64,000 nt of DNA, from the NCBI GenBank assembly GCA_040768745.1, contig JAXGMI010000001.1:96001-160000 (forward strand). Direction: 5' to 3'. The notes beneath the pieces were generated by a model. It was not told the DNA's origin. It searched no databases and saw only the letters and a list, made by a program, of their open reading frames with translations. The translations under genes and the position numbers were made by a program. This DNA comes from Desulfomicrobium sp. (GTDB lineage Bacteria; Desulfobacterota; Desulfovibrionia; Desulfovibrionales; Desulfomicrobiaceae). Below, piece by piece: positions 37,331 to 48,923 of the stretch. How positions within the stretch are numbered: the first letter of the stretch is position 1; each line of letters begins with the position of its first letter.

Positions 37331-39267
37331 CACCATCTCCTTGTAAATTCGCGTACCAAGCGCTCAAGTTCGGTCCTGTCGCTTCGCTCTCCATAGCGCA
37401 CTGCCACATAGGCATCCACAATTTCACGCGCAGGACGGGACAGGTCTGGCTTTTCCGCCTCGATGCGCCGTGCGTAATCGAGGGGACCTTCGGCGGGATT
37501 CAGAGACACGCCCAGATGTTGGAGTTTCTGCCGGAACCTGTCGTACAGAACCAGCGCCATATCTTCAACGTTTCGCCGAGTCCTCAGCTTGATCACGAGA
37601 ATCGTGCTGAATATGACCCCAAGACCCGCCGCGAGCACTGCGGCGAGCTTTCCGGCCCCGCCCCTGGTTCGCGGATCAAAGCCGAGGCGCTGCCACAACC
37701 CCCGCTGACGCTCATGCCCGAAACCCAGCACCCATTGGTTCCAGCCGTTGTTGGCCGCATCCCAGCCCCATTGGAAGAATCGTCTCACCTGGCCCAGCAT
37801 CCGTGCACCTCGGCTCGGAAGCGCGCCCGCCTCCTGGGACAGGACCGCCTCGACCCCGCTGCTCAGGCGCTGCGGAGAGACCACGGAAGTCGGATCCTCC
37901 CGGATCCAGCCCTCCCCTTCCTGCCACACCTCAACCCAGGCATGGGCATCGGACTGGCGAACGATCAGATACCCGCCCAGGGGATTCTGCTCCCCACCTT
38001 GATACCCCACAACGATCCGGGCTGGAACCCCTGCCAGCCGGAGCAGAAAAGTCATGGCCGATGCGTAATGTTCACAATACCCCTGTCGCGAGACAAACAG
38101 AAAATGATCGATGACATCGCCCTGGGATGGGCCGGGACGGAGATTGTACAGGAAGCCGTCACGGAACATGCGCAAGATCGCGTCCACCATCCCGCGCGAA
38201 TCCAGGCCGTCCCGGATCCACTGTTGAACCAGGGCCCTGGCCTGCGGATTTCCGTCCGCGGGCAGACCGACCCATTCCGGACCAGGTCTTGGCGTCCTGT
38301 CCGCCAGGACCGGGAGGGACAGGAGGACATAGCGTGTCCGGGATGTGAGCAGGCGCAGACTTTCCAGCGTCCGCTCTTCACGCAGCACGGTTCCATGCGG
38401 GGACTGGACGGGCCGGTCCAGGGAGAATACCCAGCGATTGCCGTGCGGCTCCAACGTCAAGCTGTAGGAAACGCTTCCGGGCGGAGGGCCGGTTTCATCG
38501 CTTGGGATACGGACAAACGGGAGGGACTTGAACCATCTTACCCCGTCAAAGGTATCCAGAACCAGCCCGCGCCAGTACAGCGCATTGCGCTCGGGCACTG
38601 TCCCGGAAAAATCCGCCCGGAAGGCCACCTCCCGCGACAGGGACAACCCGGACACCGAACCTGGTTCCAGAGTCTCGCTGAATCCGCTGACGCCCTCGTC
38701 CCGTTCGTCGTGCACCCCCCACAGCGCGCCCTGCAGACGTGGAAAAAAGACGAAAAAGAGGAAGGCCAAAGGGATGGATTGGACCATGAGCAGGGCTCCC
38801 CGCCTCAGATCCGGACAGATCCGGGTTTCGGCCGAAAACATGTGCAGGTGGGCGGTGACCACGGACATGACCGAAAACAGCATGTACATGCTCATGACCA
38901 GGGTCTGGGAGTACAGCACGTTGGTCACCACCACGAAGTAGGCCAGGAAAAGAAGGGCCAACAGATCCCGGACGGATTTGCTTTCCAGAACCTTGAGTCC
39001 GAGCATGAGGGATAGGAGGTCCACCCCGGCGTCCCGGCCAAAGGAGCGGCCATGCACGGACAGAACCAGGGCTGCACAGCCCAAGGCCAGGGCCACGCGC
39101 AACCAGCGCGGGGGCACCGGCCAGCCCCTGTACTGCATGCCCAGCCCATAGCCCCAGGACGCGCAGACAAACAGGGACACGAACAGGGACACACGAGCCA
39201 AGTGGGGAGCGAAGGCCAGGGCCAGAGCCAGAAGGACCACGCTGAAGCGACGCTTGTCGTGGATCAT
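37330..39267 (-). CDS. DUF3488 plus transglutaminase-like membrane protein (TgpA-like)
   Basis: Multiple TMs; GYCEHYAS, GVPARIVVGYQGG, DAHAWVE. Confidence 0.92.
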   Translation of the reverse strand: MIHDKRRFSVVLLALALAFAPHLARVSLFVSLFVCASWGYGLGMQYRGWPVPPRWLRVALALGCAALVLSVHGRSFGRDAGVDLLSLMLGLKVLESKSVRDLLALLFLAYFVVVTNVLYSQTLVMSMYMLFSVMSVVTAHLHMFSAETRICPDLRRGALLMVQSIPLAFLFFVFFPRLQGALWGVHDERDEGVSGFSETLEPGSVSGLSLSREVAFRADFSGTVPERNALYWRGLVLDTFDGVRWFKSLPFVRIPSDETGPPPGSVSYSLTLEPHGNRWVFSLDRPVQSPHGTVLREERTLESLRLLTSRTRYVLLSLPVLADRTPRPGPEWVGLPADGNPQARALVQQWIRDGLDSRGMVDAILRMFRDGFLYNLRPGPSQGDVIDHFLFVSRQGYCEHYASAMTFLLRLAGVPARIVVGYQGGEQNPLGGYLIVRQSDAHAWVEVWQEGEGWIREDPTSVVSPQRLSSGVEAVLSQEAGALPSRGARMLGQVRRFFQWGWDAANNGWNQWVLGFGHERQRGLWQRLGFDPRTRGGAGKLAAVLAAGLGVIFSTILVIKLRTRRNVEDMALVLYDRFRQKLQHLGVSLNPAEGPLDYARRIEAEKPDLSRPAREIVDAYVAVRYGERSDRTELERLVREFTRRW

Positions 39268-40205
39268 TCGGCCTCCGGCATGAGTGCCAACGCTTCCAGG
39301 CAACGATGGGCATGCGCGGCCCCGCTCCCGGGGGATATGGTTTGCCCTGGCAAGGACAGACCATAGAGCACCCCCATCTGCTCCGCTGCGTGAACCAGGC
39401 CGGCCAAACGGCTGATGCGATCCTCGTAACCCGACGCGTGCACCTCGTTCCACTCAAAATACAGGGTTTGGACCAAGACGCTTCCGTATTCCTTGACAAA
39501 AAGGCCCAGCCCCCGCGCCGAGGCCTTCCAGGACACGCGCGACAGACCATCCCCGGGTTGATAGGGTCTGACTCCCCCAAACTCCATGCCAGGGGCTGCC
39601 CCGCCATCTCCTCCGTCCCCGTCACCCTGGGCCATGGCCCAGTTCGAGGCCTTTGCCGGAACAAGGCGGGGATATACCAGGCCAGTGACAGGCAGGATGA
39701 GGAGAGACCACGCCCGGAAAAGTCCCAGCGGAAAACGGGTGCTGATGGTGACCTGTCCCAGGGGCAGGAGCCCTCGCCGGGTGACGGGCACCAGCAGATC
39801 CACTGCCCGTCCTTCGGCAGTGGTCAGGGAAAGGTCCGCGCCAGCCTTCCCGATCTTGACCTGCAATGCCCTGCGTTCCCTGCCCGCAGCGCGGAAGAAG
39901 AGCTGCAGCTGCGCTTCCTCTCCGCAAAAAGCGGGCGAAAGCCGGCCGTGTTCAAGGATGAGACCGGCCAGGTTGGCATAGGCGTGGATGGACGATATGA
40001 TGGCGATGCCGGCCAGAAGAAAAGTCAACAGGAAAGCGAGATTGTTCGTATAGTTGACAGCTGCGACAAGCATGGCCAGCAGGAAGAAGCCGAAGACCAG
40101 GCCCGACCGGGTCGGCAGGATGTAGATCCGCCGCTGGTTCAGACGTACGGGAAATGCGGCATGCTGCCGGGCCAGCAGCAGTGTGCGCAAGAACTTCGGC
40201 ATCAT
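39264..40205 (-). CDS. DUF58 protein
   Basis: IYILPTRSG, FPLGLF, RPYQPGD...WKASAR; lies in a MoxR operon. Confidence 0.9.
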   Translation of the reverse strand: MMPKFLRTLLLARQHAAFPVRLNQRRIYILPTRSGLVFGFFLLAMLVAAVNYTNNLAFLLTFLLAGIAIISSIHAYANLAGLILEHGRLSPAFCGEEAQLQLFFRAAGRERRALQVKIGKAGADLSLTTAEGRAVDLLVPVTRRGLLPLGQVTISTRFPLGLFRAWSLLILPVTGLVYPRLVPAKASNWAMAQGDGDGGDGGAAPGMEFGGVRPYQPGDGLSRVSWKASARGLGLFVKEYGSVLVQTLYFEWNEVHASGYEDRISRLAGLVHAAEQMGVLYGLSLPGQTISPGSGAAHAHRCLEALALMPEAE

Positions 40206-40209
40206 GGCC

Positions 40210-41109
40210 TCAGGGGATGGGAACGGCATCCAGAATCGCGGCCATGTCAATGCCTGTCCCGGCAGGGCGCAGTCGGTGCACGGCCAGACTGGGGAAAACA
40301 GCCTGCACATCCTCGGGCAGCACAAAATCGCGACCGTCCAGGAAGGCCCAGGCCCGAGCGGAGCGGACCAGTGCCTGCCCGGCCCGCGGAGAAAGGCCGG
40401 TCACGAATCGACCTCCTGTCCTGGTCCAATCCAACAGGTCCCGCACGTAGCACAGCAGGGGGGTGCTGGTGCGGATCAGGTCCACCCTCTCCTGCAGGTC
40501 CAGCACTCCACCGGCATCGGTGATGGGCTCTGGCATGGCGGGCCGTCCGCTGACGTGGCTGCGGCCCAAGAGCTCCAATTCCGATGCAGTGTCCGGGTAA
40601 CCGAGGCTGAGGCGGAAAAGGAAACGGTCGAGCTGGGATTCAGGCAGAGGATACGTCCCTGCCTGATCCAGGGCGTTTTGGGTGGCCAGGACAAAAAAAG
40701 GCTGCGGAAGAAGACGGGTCGTATTGTCCTGACTGACCTGCCTTTCCTCCATCACCTCCAGCAAGGCGCTCTGGGTGCGCGGAGTCCCCCGATTGATCTC
40801 ATCGGCCAGAAGCACGTTGGTAAAGACCGGACCGGGGTGGAAGACAAACGATGCCGACGCTGCATCAAACACGGAAACACCCAACAGATCGGCCGGGAGC
40901 AGGTCGTTGGTGAACTGCACCCGCTTGAAGTCCAGGCCCAGAACGACGGCCAGGGCCTTGGCCAGAGTGGTCTTGCCGATGCCAGGAATGTCCTCGATCA
41001 ACAGGTGTCCCCGGGCCAGCAGACATGCCATGGCCAGCCGGATCTGGACGTCTTTGCCCAGCACCACCTGGCTCAGACGGGCCATGGCCTCCCTGGTGAA
41101 ACCAGACAC
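40210..41109 (-). CDS. MoxR family AAA+ ATPase
   Basis: EDIPGIGKT, DEINR, ATQN, LPESQLDRF. Confidence 0.93.
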   Translation of the reverse strand: MSGFTREAMARLSQVVLGKDVQIRLAMACLLARGHLLIEDIPGIGKTTLAKALAVVLGLDFKRVQFTNDLLPADLLGVSVFDAASASFVFHPGPVFTNVLLADEINRGTPRTQSALLEVMEERQVSQDNTTRLLPQPFFVLATQNALDQAGTYPLPESQLDRFLFRLSLGYPDTASELELLGRSHVSGRPAMPEPITDAGGVLDLQERVDLIRTSTPLLCYVRDLLDWTRTGGRFVTGLSPRAGQALVRSARAWAFLDGRDFVLPEDVQAVFPSLAVHRLRPAGTGIDMAAILDAVPIP

Positions 41110-41110
41110 T

Positions 41111-41896
41111 CTACTCCCCCAGCAACTGGCCCATGGAATACAGGCGGCCAGGCTTCTGGGCAGAAATCCAACGCACGGCCCGCAGGGCCCCGCGTGCGAA
41201 ATTCTCACGGGAATGGGCGCGATGGGTGACCTCGATCCGTTCGCCCGGACCGAAGAAATAGACCGTATGGTCGCCGACAACGTCCCCCCCGCGCAGGGCG
41301 TGGACTCCAATCTCCTTCTCGGGCCTCGCCCCGACCAGACCATGACGCCCGTAGCTGCCCACCTCTCCCATGTCCCACCCGCGGGACTGGGCCAGGACCT
41401 GGGCCAGCTTCACTGCTGTGCCGCTGGGGGCATCCTTCTTGTGATGATGATGGATCTCGGTGATCTCCATGTCGTAGGCCTCTCCCAGGATGCGCTCCAG
41501 CAGAGGCAAGACCCGGACCAGGGCGTTCACACCGATGGACATGTTCGGGGACCAGAAAAGAGGAATGGTCTTGGCCAACTCTTCCAGTTCGGCCAGCTGA
41601 ACTGCCGTGAGGCCTGTGGTCCCGATGACGACGGGATTGCCTGTCTTGGAAGCCTTGCGGGCAGAACTGAGGCTCACTTCCGGGGCGGTGAAATCCACCA
41701 CCACCGCACCCGGGCTGCGGGGCAAAATCTCATCCAGATCGCTGGCCACGAGACAGCCCAAGAGTTCGAGCCCCGTGGAGACTTCCGCCCGTTCCACCAC
41801 GCCCTGCAGGGCAAACGCGTCCGAATCCTTGACTAGCCGGACCAGGGTGGACCCCATGCGACCCTTGGCTCCCATGATGATGACTGGAGTACTCAT
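41111..41896 (-). CDS. dapB: 4-hydroxy-tetrahydrodipicolinate reductase
   Basis: [27 protein letters not shown]. Confidence 0.95.
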   Translation of the reverse strand: MSTPVIIMGAKGRMGSTLVRLVKDSDAFALQGVVERAEVSTGLELLGCLVASDLDEILPRSPGAVVVDFTAPEVSLSSARKASKTGNPVVIGTTGLTAVQLAELEELAKTIPLFWSPNMSIGVNALVRVLPLLERILGEAYDMEITEIHHHHKKDAPSGTAVKLAQVLAQSRGWDMGEVGSYGRHGLVGARPEKEIGVHALRGGDVVGDHTVYFFGPGERIEVTHRAHSRENFARGALRAVRWISAQKPGRLYSMGQLLGE

Positions 41897-41911
41897 GATT
41901 TCTCTCCTGTG

Positions 41912-43768
41912 TTAGATTGCCGCCGCGCCGAGGAGGCGCAGATACTCTTCTTCGCTCAGAATGACTGTACCGCTGGTCTTGGCCTTGGCGATCTTGTTCG
42001 CCCCCACGTTCTCCCCGCAGACCAGATAGTCGGTCTTGGAGTTGACCCCGCTCTGAACCAAGGCGCCAAGGGCACGGGCCTGCTCCTGCATCTCATCCCG
42101 GGATCCCCGCGCCATCTTGCCGGTAAAGACCACGTGCTTTCCGGCCAGGGGGCTGTGTGTCTCCGCCCGCGCCCTGGCCATGCCCGTGGGCAGGATGCGG
42201 AAACCCAGGCTCAACAGGTGATCCATTGTCGGGGCCAGGCGCTTTATGCCCTGGGCTATGGACCGAGCGGTTATGGCTCCGAAACCGTGGATGGCTTCGA
42301 TCTGCTCCTGGCTGATGTGCAACAGCTCCTCCAGCCGGAAATGCTCCAGCAGTTTGCGGCTGTCGCCCTTGCCGAGATTCTCGATGCCCAGAGCGGCCAG
42401 AAAACGCCAATCTTCGACCTCGCGGACGCGGCTCAGGCGCACTGCTTCGGCCAGGTTGGCCGACTGCACCGGTCCAAACCCCATGGTCTTGAAATGTTCC
42501 TCTCCCAGCGCGTACACCTTTTCCAGGCTGTCATAGCCGAGGCTGACCATCTTTTCCACAGTTTTGCGGCCAAACCAGTCCGCGTTGCCCATGGTCTTGA
42601 ACCAGTGCTCGATGGTCTGCACGGTCTGGTCCGGACAGTGTTCGGCGTGGCATATCAAAAAATCACTTTCCCGGACAAGGCCGACGCCGCAAGAGGGACA
42701 CACCGCGGGCAAGGTCACATGGACCGCCACCAGCACGTCCTCTACCTTGGGAATGACCTCGCCACTGCGAATGACCTCGATCTCGGCTCCCGGACCCAGG
42801 CCTTTTTTCTCCAAAAAACCAGCATTGTGGGCCGTAACGCGGCGAATGGTTGCCCCCGAAAGATTGATGGGCTCCACAAGCAGGACCGGAGTGACCTTGC
42901 CGGTCCGCCCCACCTGCCAGCGAACTTCCTCCACCCGGGTCAGGGCTGTCTCGCCTTTGCGCTTGACCGCGATCTGCCAGCGGTAATGGTGGCTGGTGGC
43001 GCCCATGGTCCGGCGCACATCCTTGTCCACCACCTCTACCACCATCCCATCCAGGGGGTAGTCCACCTGACCCGAAAGATCAGCGGTGATCTCCTCCATG
43101 CGCGAAAGGAGTTCCTCCCCACCGCCTTCCCAGGCCGGCAACAGGCTGTAGGGAACGAAATGCACAACCCCCGCGTCCAGGGCGGTCCTTGCCGATTCGT
43201 TCACCACGTCCGAAGACACAATGCCCACAACCAGATTGCGCGGATGTTCAAATTTACCGGCCAGGTGGGCCTGAAAATAGCTCTGCGTGATGACCATTTC
43301 CCCCACGCCCAGACCCCTCCCGCCAATGGGGATCATGCCCTTGGCAAATGCCGAGCTGACCTCGTATCCGGCTTCTCCATCGCCCCGCGTGGCAAACACG
43401 GTCCCGTCGTCCCTGCCGGCCAGACCGTCCAGCTTGGGTGTCACCCTGAACCGAACCCCGGACACGCCAATCTCGGCCGCCTCCCTGCTGACCCTTGCCA
43501 CGAAGCGCTCCAGTTCCTCGACAGTATAGGCTTTTTCCGTGGACAGCATGGGCACAGGATGCCGGATTTCGCGCTTGCCGCTGAAGGTCTCGGGCTCCAC
43601 ACGATGCAGAAACGGGTGGTCGGGTTCCAGTTCATGCAGACGGGCCACAAGCAGGTCGTACTGTGCATCACTGACCAGGGGAGATCCCTGGCGATAGGCC
43701 TCATTGTATTCACGCAATCGTTCGACCAGACGTTGGGCCTCAGAGGGAAGTGCCACAGGAAGGTTCAT
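41912..43768 (-). CDS. ligA: NAD-dependent DNA ligase
   Basis: KLDG, TRGDG, QVGRTG, zinc finger, HhH, BRCT. Confidence 0.88.
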   Translation of the reverse strand: MNLPVALPSEAQRLVERLREYNEAYRQGSPLVSDAQYDLLVARLHELEPDHPFLHRVEPETFSGKREIRHPVPMLSTEKAYTVEELERFVARVSREAAEIGVSGVRFRVTPKLDGLAGRDDGTVFATRGDGEAGYEVSSAFAKGMIPIGGRGLGVGEMVITQSYFQAHLAGKFEHPRNLVVGIVSSDVVNESARTALDAGVVHFVPYSLLPAWEGGGEELLSRMEEITADLSGQVDYPLDGMVVEVVDKDVRRTMGATSHHYRWQIAVKRKGETALTRVEEVRWQVGRTGKVTPVLLVEPINLSGATIRRVTAHNAGFLEKKGLGPGAEIEVIRSGEVIPKVEDVLVAVHVTLPAVCPSCGVGLVRESDFLICHAEHCPDQTVQTIEHWFKTMGNADWFGRKTVEKMVSLGYDSLEKVYALGEEHFKTMGFGPVQSANLAEAVRLSRVREVEDWRFLAALGIENLGKGDSRKLLEHFRLEELLHISQEQIEAIHGFGAITARSIAQGIKRLAPTMDHLLSLGFRILPTGMARARAETHSPLAGKHVVFTGKMARGSRDEMQEQARALGALVQSGVNSKTDYLVCGENVGANKIAKAKTSGTVILSEEEYLRLLGAAAI

Positions 43769-44880
43769 GCTGCAGACTCCGCTTCAGATCGGCAAACACG
43801 CTGTAACCCATCGAAGTTCTCGGGCGGTCCCACGGCAATGAGCGTGTCTCCGGCCTCGATGACGGCTTCGGGATGGGGATTGAAGATCATGCCCCCATCC
43901 GCCTTCTCGATGGCGATGATCATGAGGTTGAAACGGGGGCGGATGCCCGAGGTGATCAGATTCTTGCCGACCAGCTCACAACCGGGGCGGACTTGGATTT
44001 CCTCCATCTGCAGTTTGTGCCCCTGGGTGGCCAGATCCACGAAATCCGTGACCGTGGGCCTCAGCATGACCTGGGCAATGCGCTTGCCGCCGATCTGATG
44101 CGGGGTCAGAACCCGGTTGGCTCCAGCCCTTTCCAGTTTGGAAATCGACTCGGGCCGGTCGGCCCTGGCGATGATGGTCAGATCCGGGTTGAACTGCCTG
44201 GAGGAAAGCGTGATATAGACATTCTCAGCGTCCTGGCTGACACAGGCGAACAACCCTCTGGCCCGCTCCACTCCTGCGGCCAGGAGAAGTTCGTCTGTGG
44301 TTGCGTCACCCTCCAGAAAGAGCAAGTTCTCCCGCTCCAACTCAGCCAGCAGTTCCGGGTCCTTCTCGAGGATGACAACGGGCAGGTTCTCGCGACGGAT
44401 TTCAGCGGCCACCACTGCCCCGATGCGCCCAAATCCACAGATGATATAATGGTCTGCCAGGGCATTAATGATCTTTTGCATTTTCCGTTTCCCCCATAAA
44501 TCCTGGAGCCGCCCTTCCACCACCACCTGCGTAAAGGCCCCCACGAGATAGGCAAAACTGCCCACGCCCATGAGGATGAGCACAGCCACCATCAGGCGGG
44601 CCCTGTCCGAAAGCGGGTGCAATTCCATGAAACCGACAGTGGAAAGGGTCATGACCACCTGATAGAAGCTGTCCAGCAGGGTCCACCCTTCCACAACCAC
44701 GAAGATGAACAACCCGTACGCAAAGACCGCCAGCAGGAAGCCAGCCCCCAGGATCAGCGGGAAAAAGGATCCAAACCGGAATTTCACCACCTGGTACAGG
44801 CCGGTCAACCCGCGAAAGTTCCTGGCCCAGCCAGGCCACATGCGGTGCAGAAAAGATTTGGGCGGTGACGGCGCGCTCAT
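43765..44880 (-). CDS. Potassium channel with TrkA-N/TrkA-C domains
   Basis: TLSTVGF pore, CGFGRIG, C-terminal RCK domain. Confidence 0.9.
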   Translation of the reverse strand: MSAPSPPKSFLHRMWPGWARNFRGLTGLYQVVKFRFGSFFPLILGAGFLLAVFAYGLFIFVVVEGWTLLDSFYQVVMTLSTVGFMELHPLSDRARLMVAVLILMGVGSFAYLVGAFTQVVVEGRLQDLWGKRKMQKIINALADHYIICGFGRIGAVVAAEIRRENLPVVILEKDPELLAELERENLLFLEGDATTDELLLAAGVERARGLFACVSQDAENVYITLSSRQFNPDLTIIARADRPESISKLERAGANRVLTPHQIGGKRIAQVMLRPTVTDFVDLATQGHKLQMEEIQVRPGCELVGKNLITSGIRPRFNLMIIAIEKADGGMIFNPHPEAVIEAGDTLIAVGPPENFDGLQRVCRSEAESAA

Positions 44881-46895
44881 CCTCGTGTCGCCTTGGAAAC
44901 ATCCAGGCCATACTCTTTTTCCAGGTTCTTGATCCGGTCTCTGAGCCGGGCCGCTTCCTCGAACTCCAGCATTTCAGCCGCCTTGCGCATTTCCCTGGAG
45001 AGGCGCTGAATCTCCTTGGCCGCTCCGGCTGGTCCGGGATCATATCCTGCGCCGGTCTCGGCGGCCCGTCCCTGATCCTGGACTTCCCGGTGCAGATCAT
45101 AGAGCACGTTCTCGGCGTTCTTGCGGATGGTCCGGGGGATGATCCCGTGCTCCCGGTTGAAAGCGGTCTGGCGTTCACGCCGGCGCCGGGTCTCGTCCAT
45201 CGCCTCGGCCATGGAGCGGGTCACTGCATCGGCGTAGAGCAGGACCGTGCCCCGCACGTTGCGGGCAGACCGGCCAAAGGTCTGGATCAGGGAACGGGTC
45301 GAACGCAGGAACCCCTCCTTGTCCGCGTCCAAAATGGCTACCAGGGAAACTTCCGGAATATCAAGACCTTCCCGCAGGAGATTGATGCCCACCAGCACAT
45401 CAAACTCCCCGTTTCGCAACGCCTGAATGATGGCCACCCTTTCCAGGGTGTCGATATCCGAGTGCAGATACCGGGCCCGCACTCCCCTGGAAATCAGAAA
45501 TTCCGTCAGATCCTCGGCCATGCGCTTGGTCAGAGTAGTGACCATAACCCGTTCATTATCGGCAATGCGGCCCAGGCACTGTTCCATGAGGTGGTCCATC
45601 TGGCCATGGGTGGGAATGACTTCCACCACGGGATCCACGAGGCCAGTGGGTCTGATGATCTGCTCCACCACGACGCCTTGGGCCCGTTCCAGTTCCCAAA
45701 GACCGGGAGTGGCGGAAACGAATACAGAAGTGTCGATGCGGGCCAAAAATTCCTCGAAGCAGAGGGGGCGGTTGTCCAGGGCCGACGGTAAACGGAACCC
45801 GTAATCCACAAGGGTCTGTTTGCGTGATCGGTCCCCGTTGAACATGCCTCCGATCTGGGGCACGGTGATGTGCGACTCGTCCACGAAGAGCAGGAAGTCC
45901 CTGGGAAAATAATCCAGGAGCGTGGCCGGTGGTTGTCCCTTGACGCGACCGTCCAGGTGCAGAGAATAGTTTTCGATCCCGTTGCAGTAGCCGAGCTCCT
46001 CGATCATCTCCAGGTCAAGCTGGGTCTTCTGTTCCAGGCGCTGGGCCTCTACCAGCATGTTCCGGGCATGAAAATAGTCCAGGCGCTGGCGCAACTCCTC
46101 TCGGATGTCGGCCATGGCCCGCACAAGGTTGTCCCGATCCGAGACGTAATGGCTGGCGGGATAGATGACCGTTTTCTGGATGCGGGACAGCACCTTTCCC
46201 GTCAACGGATCTGTCTCATAGATCCCGTCGATCTCATCCCCGAAAAACTCGAGGCGCAGGGCCTGCTCGTGCTTGTAGGCCGGGACGATCTCCAGCACGT
46301 CGCCGCGCACGCGGAAGGTGCCGCGATGAAGGTCATAGTCGTTTCTCTCGTACTGAACATCCACCAACCTTCCAATGATCCCTTCCATGCCCACCTGTTG
46401 CCCGCATTCCACAGGAATGACCATTCTGGCGTAGTATTCGGGAGATCCGAGGCCGTAAATGCATGATACCGAAGCGACGATGATCACGTCGCGGCGTGTG
46501 AGCAAGGCGTGGGTGGCGGCATGTCGCAGCTTGTCGAGGTCCTCGTTGATGGCCGAATCTTTCTCGATATAGGTGTCAGAGTGAGGAAGATACGCTTCCG
46601 GTTGATAGTAGTCGTAGTAGCTGACGAAATACTCCACCGCATTGCGCGGAAAGAGCCCCTTGAACTCGTTGTACAGCTGGGCTGCCAGGGTTTTGTTCGG
46701 GGCCATGATCAGGGCCGGGCGATTCAGCTCCGCAATGACATGGGCCATGGTAAACGTCTTGCCCGATCCGGTCACGCCGAGCAAAACTTGGTCCCGCACG
46801 CCCTGCCGCACCCCGGCGCAAAGTTGGGCAATGGCGCTTGGCTGGTCCCCACGCGGGACATATCCGGAGACAAGTTTGAAAATGCTCTCAGCCAT
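44877..46895 (-). CDS. uvrB: Excinuclease ABC subunit B
   Basis: [23 protein letters not shown]-terminal UVR domain. Confidence 0.96.
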   Translation of the reverse strand: MAESIFKLVSGYVPRGDQPSAIAQLCAGVRQGVRDQVLLGVTGSGKTFTMAHVIAELNRPALIMAPNKTLAAQLYNEFKGLFPRNAVEYFVSYYDYYQPEAYLPHSDTYIEKDSAINEDLDKLRHAATHALLTRRDVIIVASVSCIYGLGSPEYYARMVIPVECGQQVGMEGIIGRLVDVQYERNDYDLHRGTFRVRGDVLEIVPAYKHEQALRLEFFGDEIDGIYETDPLTGKVLSRIQKTVIYPASHYVSDRDNLVRAMADIREELRQRLDYFHARNMLVEAQRLEQKTQLDLEMIEELGYCNGIENYSLHLDGRVKGQPPATLLDYFPRDFLLFVDESHITVPQIGGMFNGDRSRKQTLVDYGFRLPSALDNRPLCFEEFLARIDTSVFVSATPGLWELERAQGVVVEQIIRPTGLVDPVVEVIPTHGQMDHLMEQCLGRIADNERVMVTTLTKRMAEDLTEFLISRGVRARYLHSDIDTLERVAIIQALRNGEFDVLVGINLLREGLDIPEVSLVAILDADKEGFLRSTRSLIQTFGRSARNVRGTVLLYADAVTRSMAEAMDETRRRRERQTAFNREHGIIPRTIRKNAENVLYDLHREVQDQGRAAETGAGYDPGPAGAAKEIQRLSREMRKAAEMLEFEEAARLRDRIKNLEKEYGLDVSKATRG

Positions 46896-46923
46896 GGATA
46901 CCTGACCTGCAGAGTGTGGCATC

Positions 46924-47754
46924 CTATTTGGGCCGGATGCCCAGGACGTTGGGTGCTGGCCAGAAATTTCTGTTGCTGCCCTGGAAAAAATCAGATTGGT
47001 ATTCGCCCACCCAGCGTCCAGTGAATCCGTTTGCATCCACGTACATGGCGGCGTCGGCCCCACCTTCCACATACATGGCTCCAATCAGATCCAACGGCAA
47101 ATCCAGCAGGGCCTGGGCGAATTCGTGCAGGGAGAGGCGCGGCCGGGAATGGATGAAAAGAAGCCGACCGGCCTGGTCCATGGCAATGGCTGCGGCCGAA
47201 TGGCGCCTCTCGCTCTGAGACCAGAGATTTTCGCCCTGACGGCTGATCAGCCGGTAATTCTGGATGATGCCGTGGTACCTGTCCAGCACGGTCTCCCAGT
47301 CGGGGTCGGCCTTGCGGTCCACCCAACGCACGGGCGGAAGCTCGGGATCCTTGGGCTGAAAGGCCAGGATGGCGCCATACCCTGGGTGCATATACCCGCT
47401 GACCACCCCTCGGATATCGCGCATAAAGCCGGTACTGCGCATGCGATCATCGGAGCGGAACATACCGGCGTTGATCACCGCCACGAAACCCTCGGTCCTG
47501 GCCCACTCCTGCATGGTTTGCATCCGGCCAGCACTCAGGGCCGTGCCCAGCGACAACCCATACTGCTCCGTATCGATGCGCACGGCGGCCATGACACCCT
47601 GCTGGCCACTCAAATCGCCGGCCTGATCAGGGATCCGGAATTCACGGAGCTCCAATCCTGGGGCCAAAAGGGTCCATTCCTCCGCCCGCAGCGGGAGGAC
47701 GAAGGCAAACATGAGCAGAAAAACAAGAATGGCGCGGAGAAAAAGGGCGGTCAT
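46924..47754 (-). CDS. Phosphodiester glycosidase family exported protein
   Basis: Signal peptide; INAGMF; AMYVEGG. Confidence 0.7.
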   Translation of the reverse strand: MTALFLRAILVFLLMFAFVLPLRAEEWTLLAPGLELREFRIPDQAGDLSGQQGVMAAVRIDTEQYGLSLGTALSAGRMQTMQEWARTEGFVAVINAGMFRSDDRMRSTGFMRDIRGVVSGYMHPGYGAILAFQPKDPELPPVRWVDRKADPDWETVLDRYHGIIQNYRLISRQGENLWSQSERRHSAAAIAMDQAGRLLFIHSRPRLSLHEFAQALLDLPLDLIGAMYVEGGADAAMYVDANGFTGRWVGEYQSDFFQGSNRNFWPAPNVLGIRPK

Positions 47755-47910
47755 GGCAATGCTCCCAAGAAGCCGGATGGCCCGTCATCCGGTTCATTTC
47801 ATAGAAGCGGAATCATTTCAAGCAGAACGGATCTGGCGGCATTGAAGCCCAGGTCAAAGCGTGCTAAACGTTCACTGGTAAAATCAGACATGCTTGGGGA
47901 GGGAGGATTC

Positions 47911-48399
47911 ATGGAAATACATCGCAAGGAATCGAATGCACCCCAGCCCTGTCCGCGGGGATTTGCCGCCAGCATCTGCATCCGAGTGTTTAAGGGACGC
48001 AAGGACGTCGTCGTGCATCTCTTCCGGCCGCAGTGGGAGCCCGCAGAGATGGAGAGCGTGCACTGGGCCGACCTGATCCAGGAAGGTCCGCATGAACCAG
48101 CGGCGGGCAGGGGCGACAGCAGAGCGGTGGTTCTTGAATCCTTTACCCGGGATGAATTGGAACTTATCGTCAAGTACCTCGCCGGGCGCTATGCAGACCG
48201 CCTGACACACATCACCACCACTGCCCTCGATTTTCCCCTGCCGGCGGATCTTCTGCCCCTGAGCTCCATGCCGGAAGGCAAGGACATAGGCCGCATCCGC
48301 TTTGAAATCGTGCCCGGCTACCCCCTGCCATTTGCCGTTCACGGGCTGTACGATCTGAGCCAGCACAAGCCCATGGACCAAGGTTTGAATCCGGACTAA
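47911..48399 (+). CDS. Hypothetical protein
   Basis: Strong RBS GGAGG; fills the intergenic gap. Confidence 0.65.
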   Translation: MEIHRKESNAPQPCPRGFAASICIRVFKGRKDVVVHLFRPQWEPAEMESVHWADLIQEGPHEPAAGRGDSRAVVLESFTRDELELIVKYLAGRYADRLTHITTTALDFPLPADLLPLSSMPEGKDIGRIRFEIVPGYPLPFAVHGLYDLSQHKPMDQGLNPD

Positions 48400-48923
48400 T
48401 TCTGGCGCCCCTCCAGCTCGAAGCCGCGCCGCAGCAGGCGAAACAGGTTTCTGCCGTTCTTGGACGGATTTCCGGCCGCCTTTTCAGCAGCTGCGGCCTT
48501 GACGATCTGGTGCACCTGGTGCCGGTCCAGCCCAAATCTGCGGACCATCTCCCCCAGAAGGCCCTCATCGCCGGCAACCAGAGCGTCTCGCCATTCTTCG
48601 AGGCGATGAAAATCCTCGGCCTGCTGATAACGCAACTGGTCCAACGCCTCCAGGGCCTGCCGCACAGGTTCCGGATCGATACGCCGCATGACCGCGCCGA
48701 TGAACTGCAGGTGGCGCCGTCGTGCCTCCTTGTCTTTCAGGGAATGGTAGAACCTGATCGCTTCGGCCAGATCCTCGGGCAATCCCATCCGTTCGACTTG
48801 GTCAGGTTTCAGCTCGACCAGGCTTTCTCCGAGCTTCTGAAGGGCTGTCACATCCCGTTTGCGCTGGGATTTGCTGGGACGACCATCGTCTGCAGGGTCA
48901 TGTCCGTGGACAAATTCCGTCAT
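48396..48923 (-). CDS. yjgA: Ribosome biogenesis factor YjgA/DarP (DUF615)
   Basis: PSKSQRKRD...LQKLG...EARRRHLQFIG. Confidence 0.9.
   Translation of the reverse strand: MTEFVHGHDPADDGRPSKSQRKRDVTALQKLGESLVELKPDQVERMGLPEDLAEAIRFYHSLKDKEARRRHLQFIGAVMRRIDPEPVRQALEALDQLRYQQAEDFHRLEEWRDALVAGDEGLLGEMVRRFGLDRHQVHQIVKAAAAEKAAGNPSKNGRNLFRLLRRGFELEGRQN

Noticed and set aside
37330..41109. MoxR-DUF58-transglutaminase operon as a novel system or partner of the island vWA protein
   Set aside because: A widespread, already described operon in core context; nothing in the sequence links it to the island.
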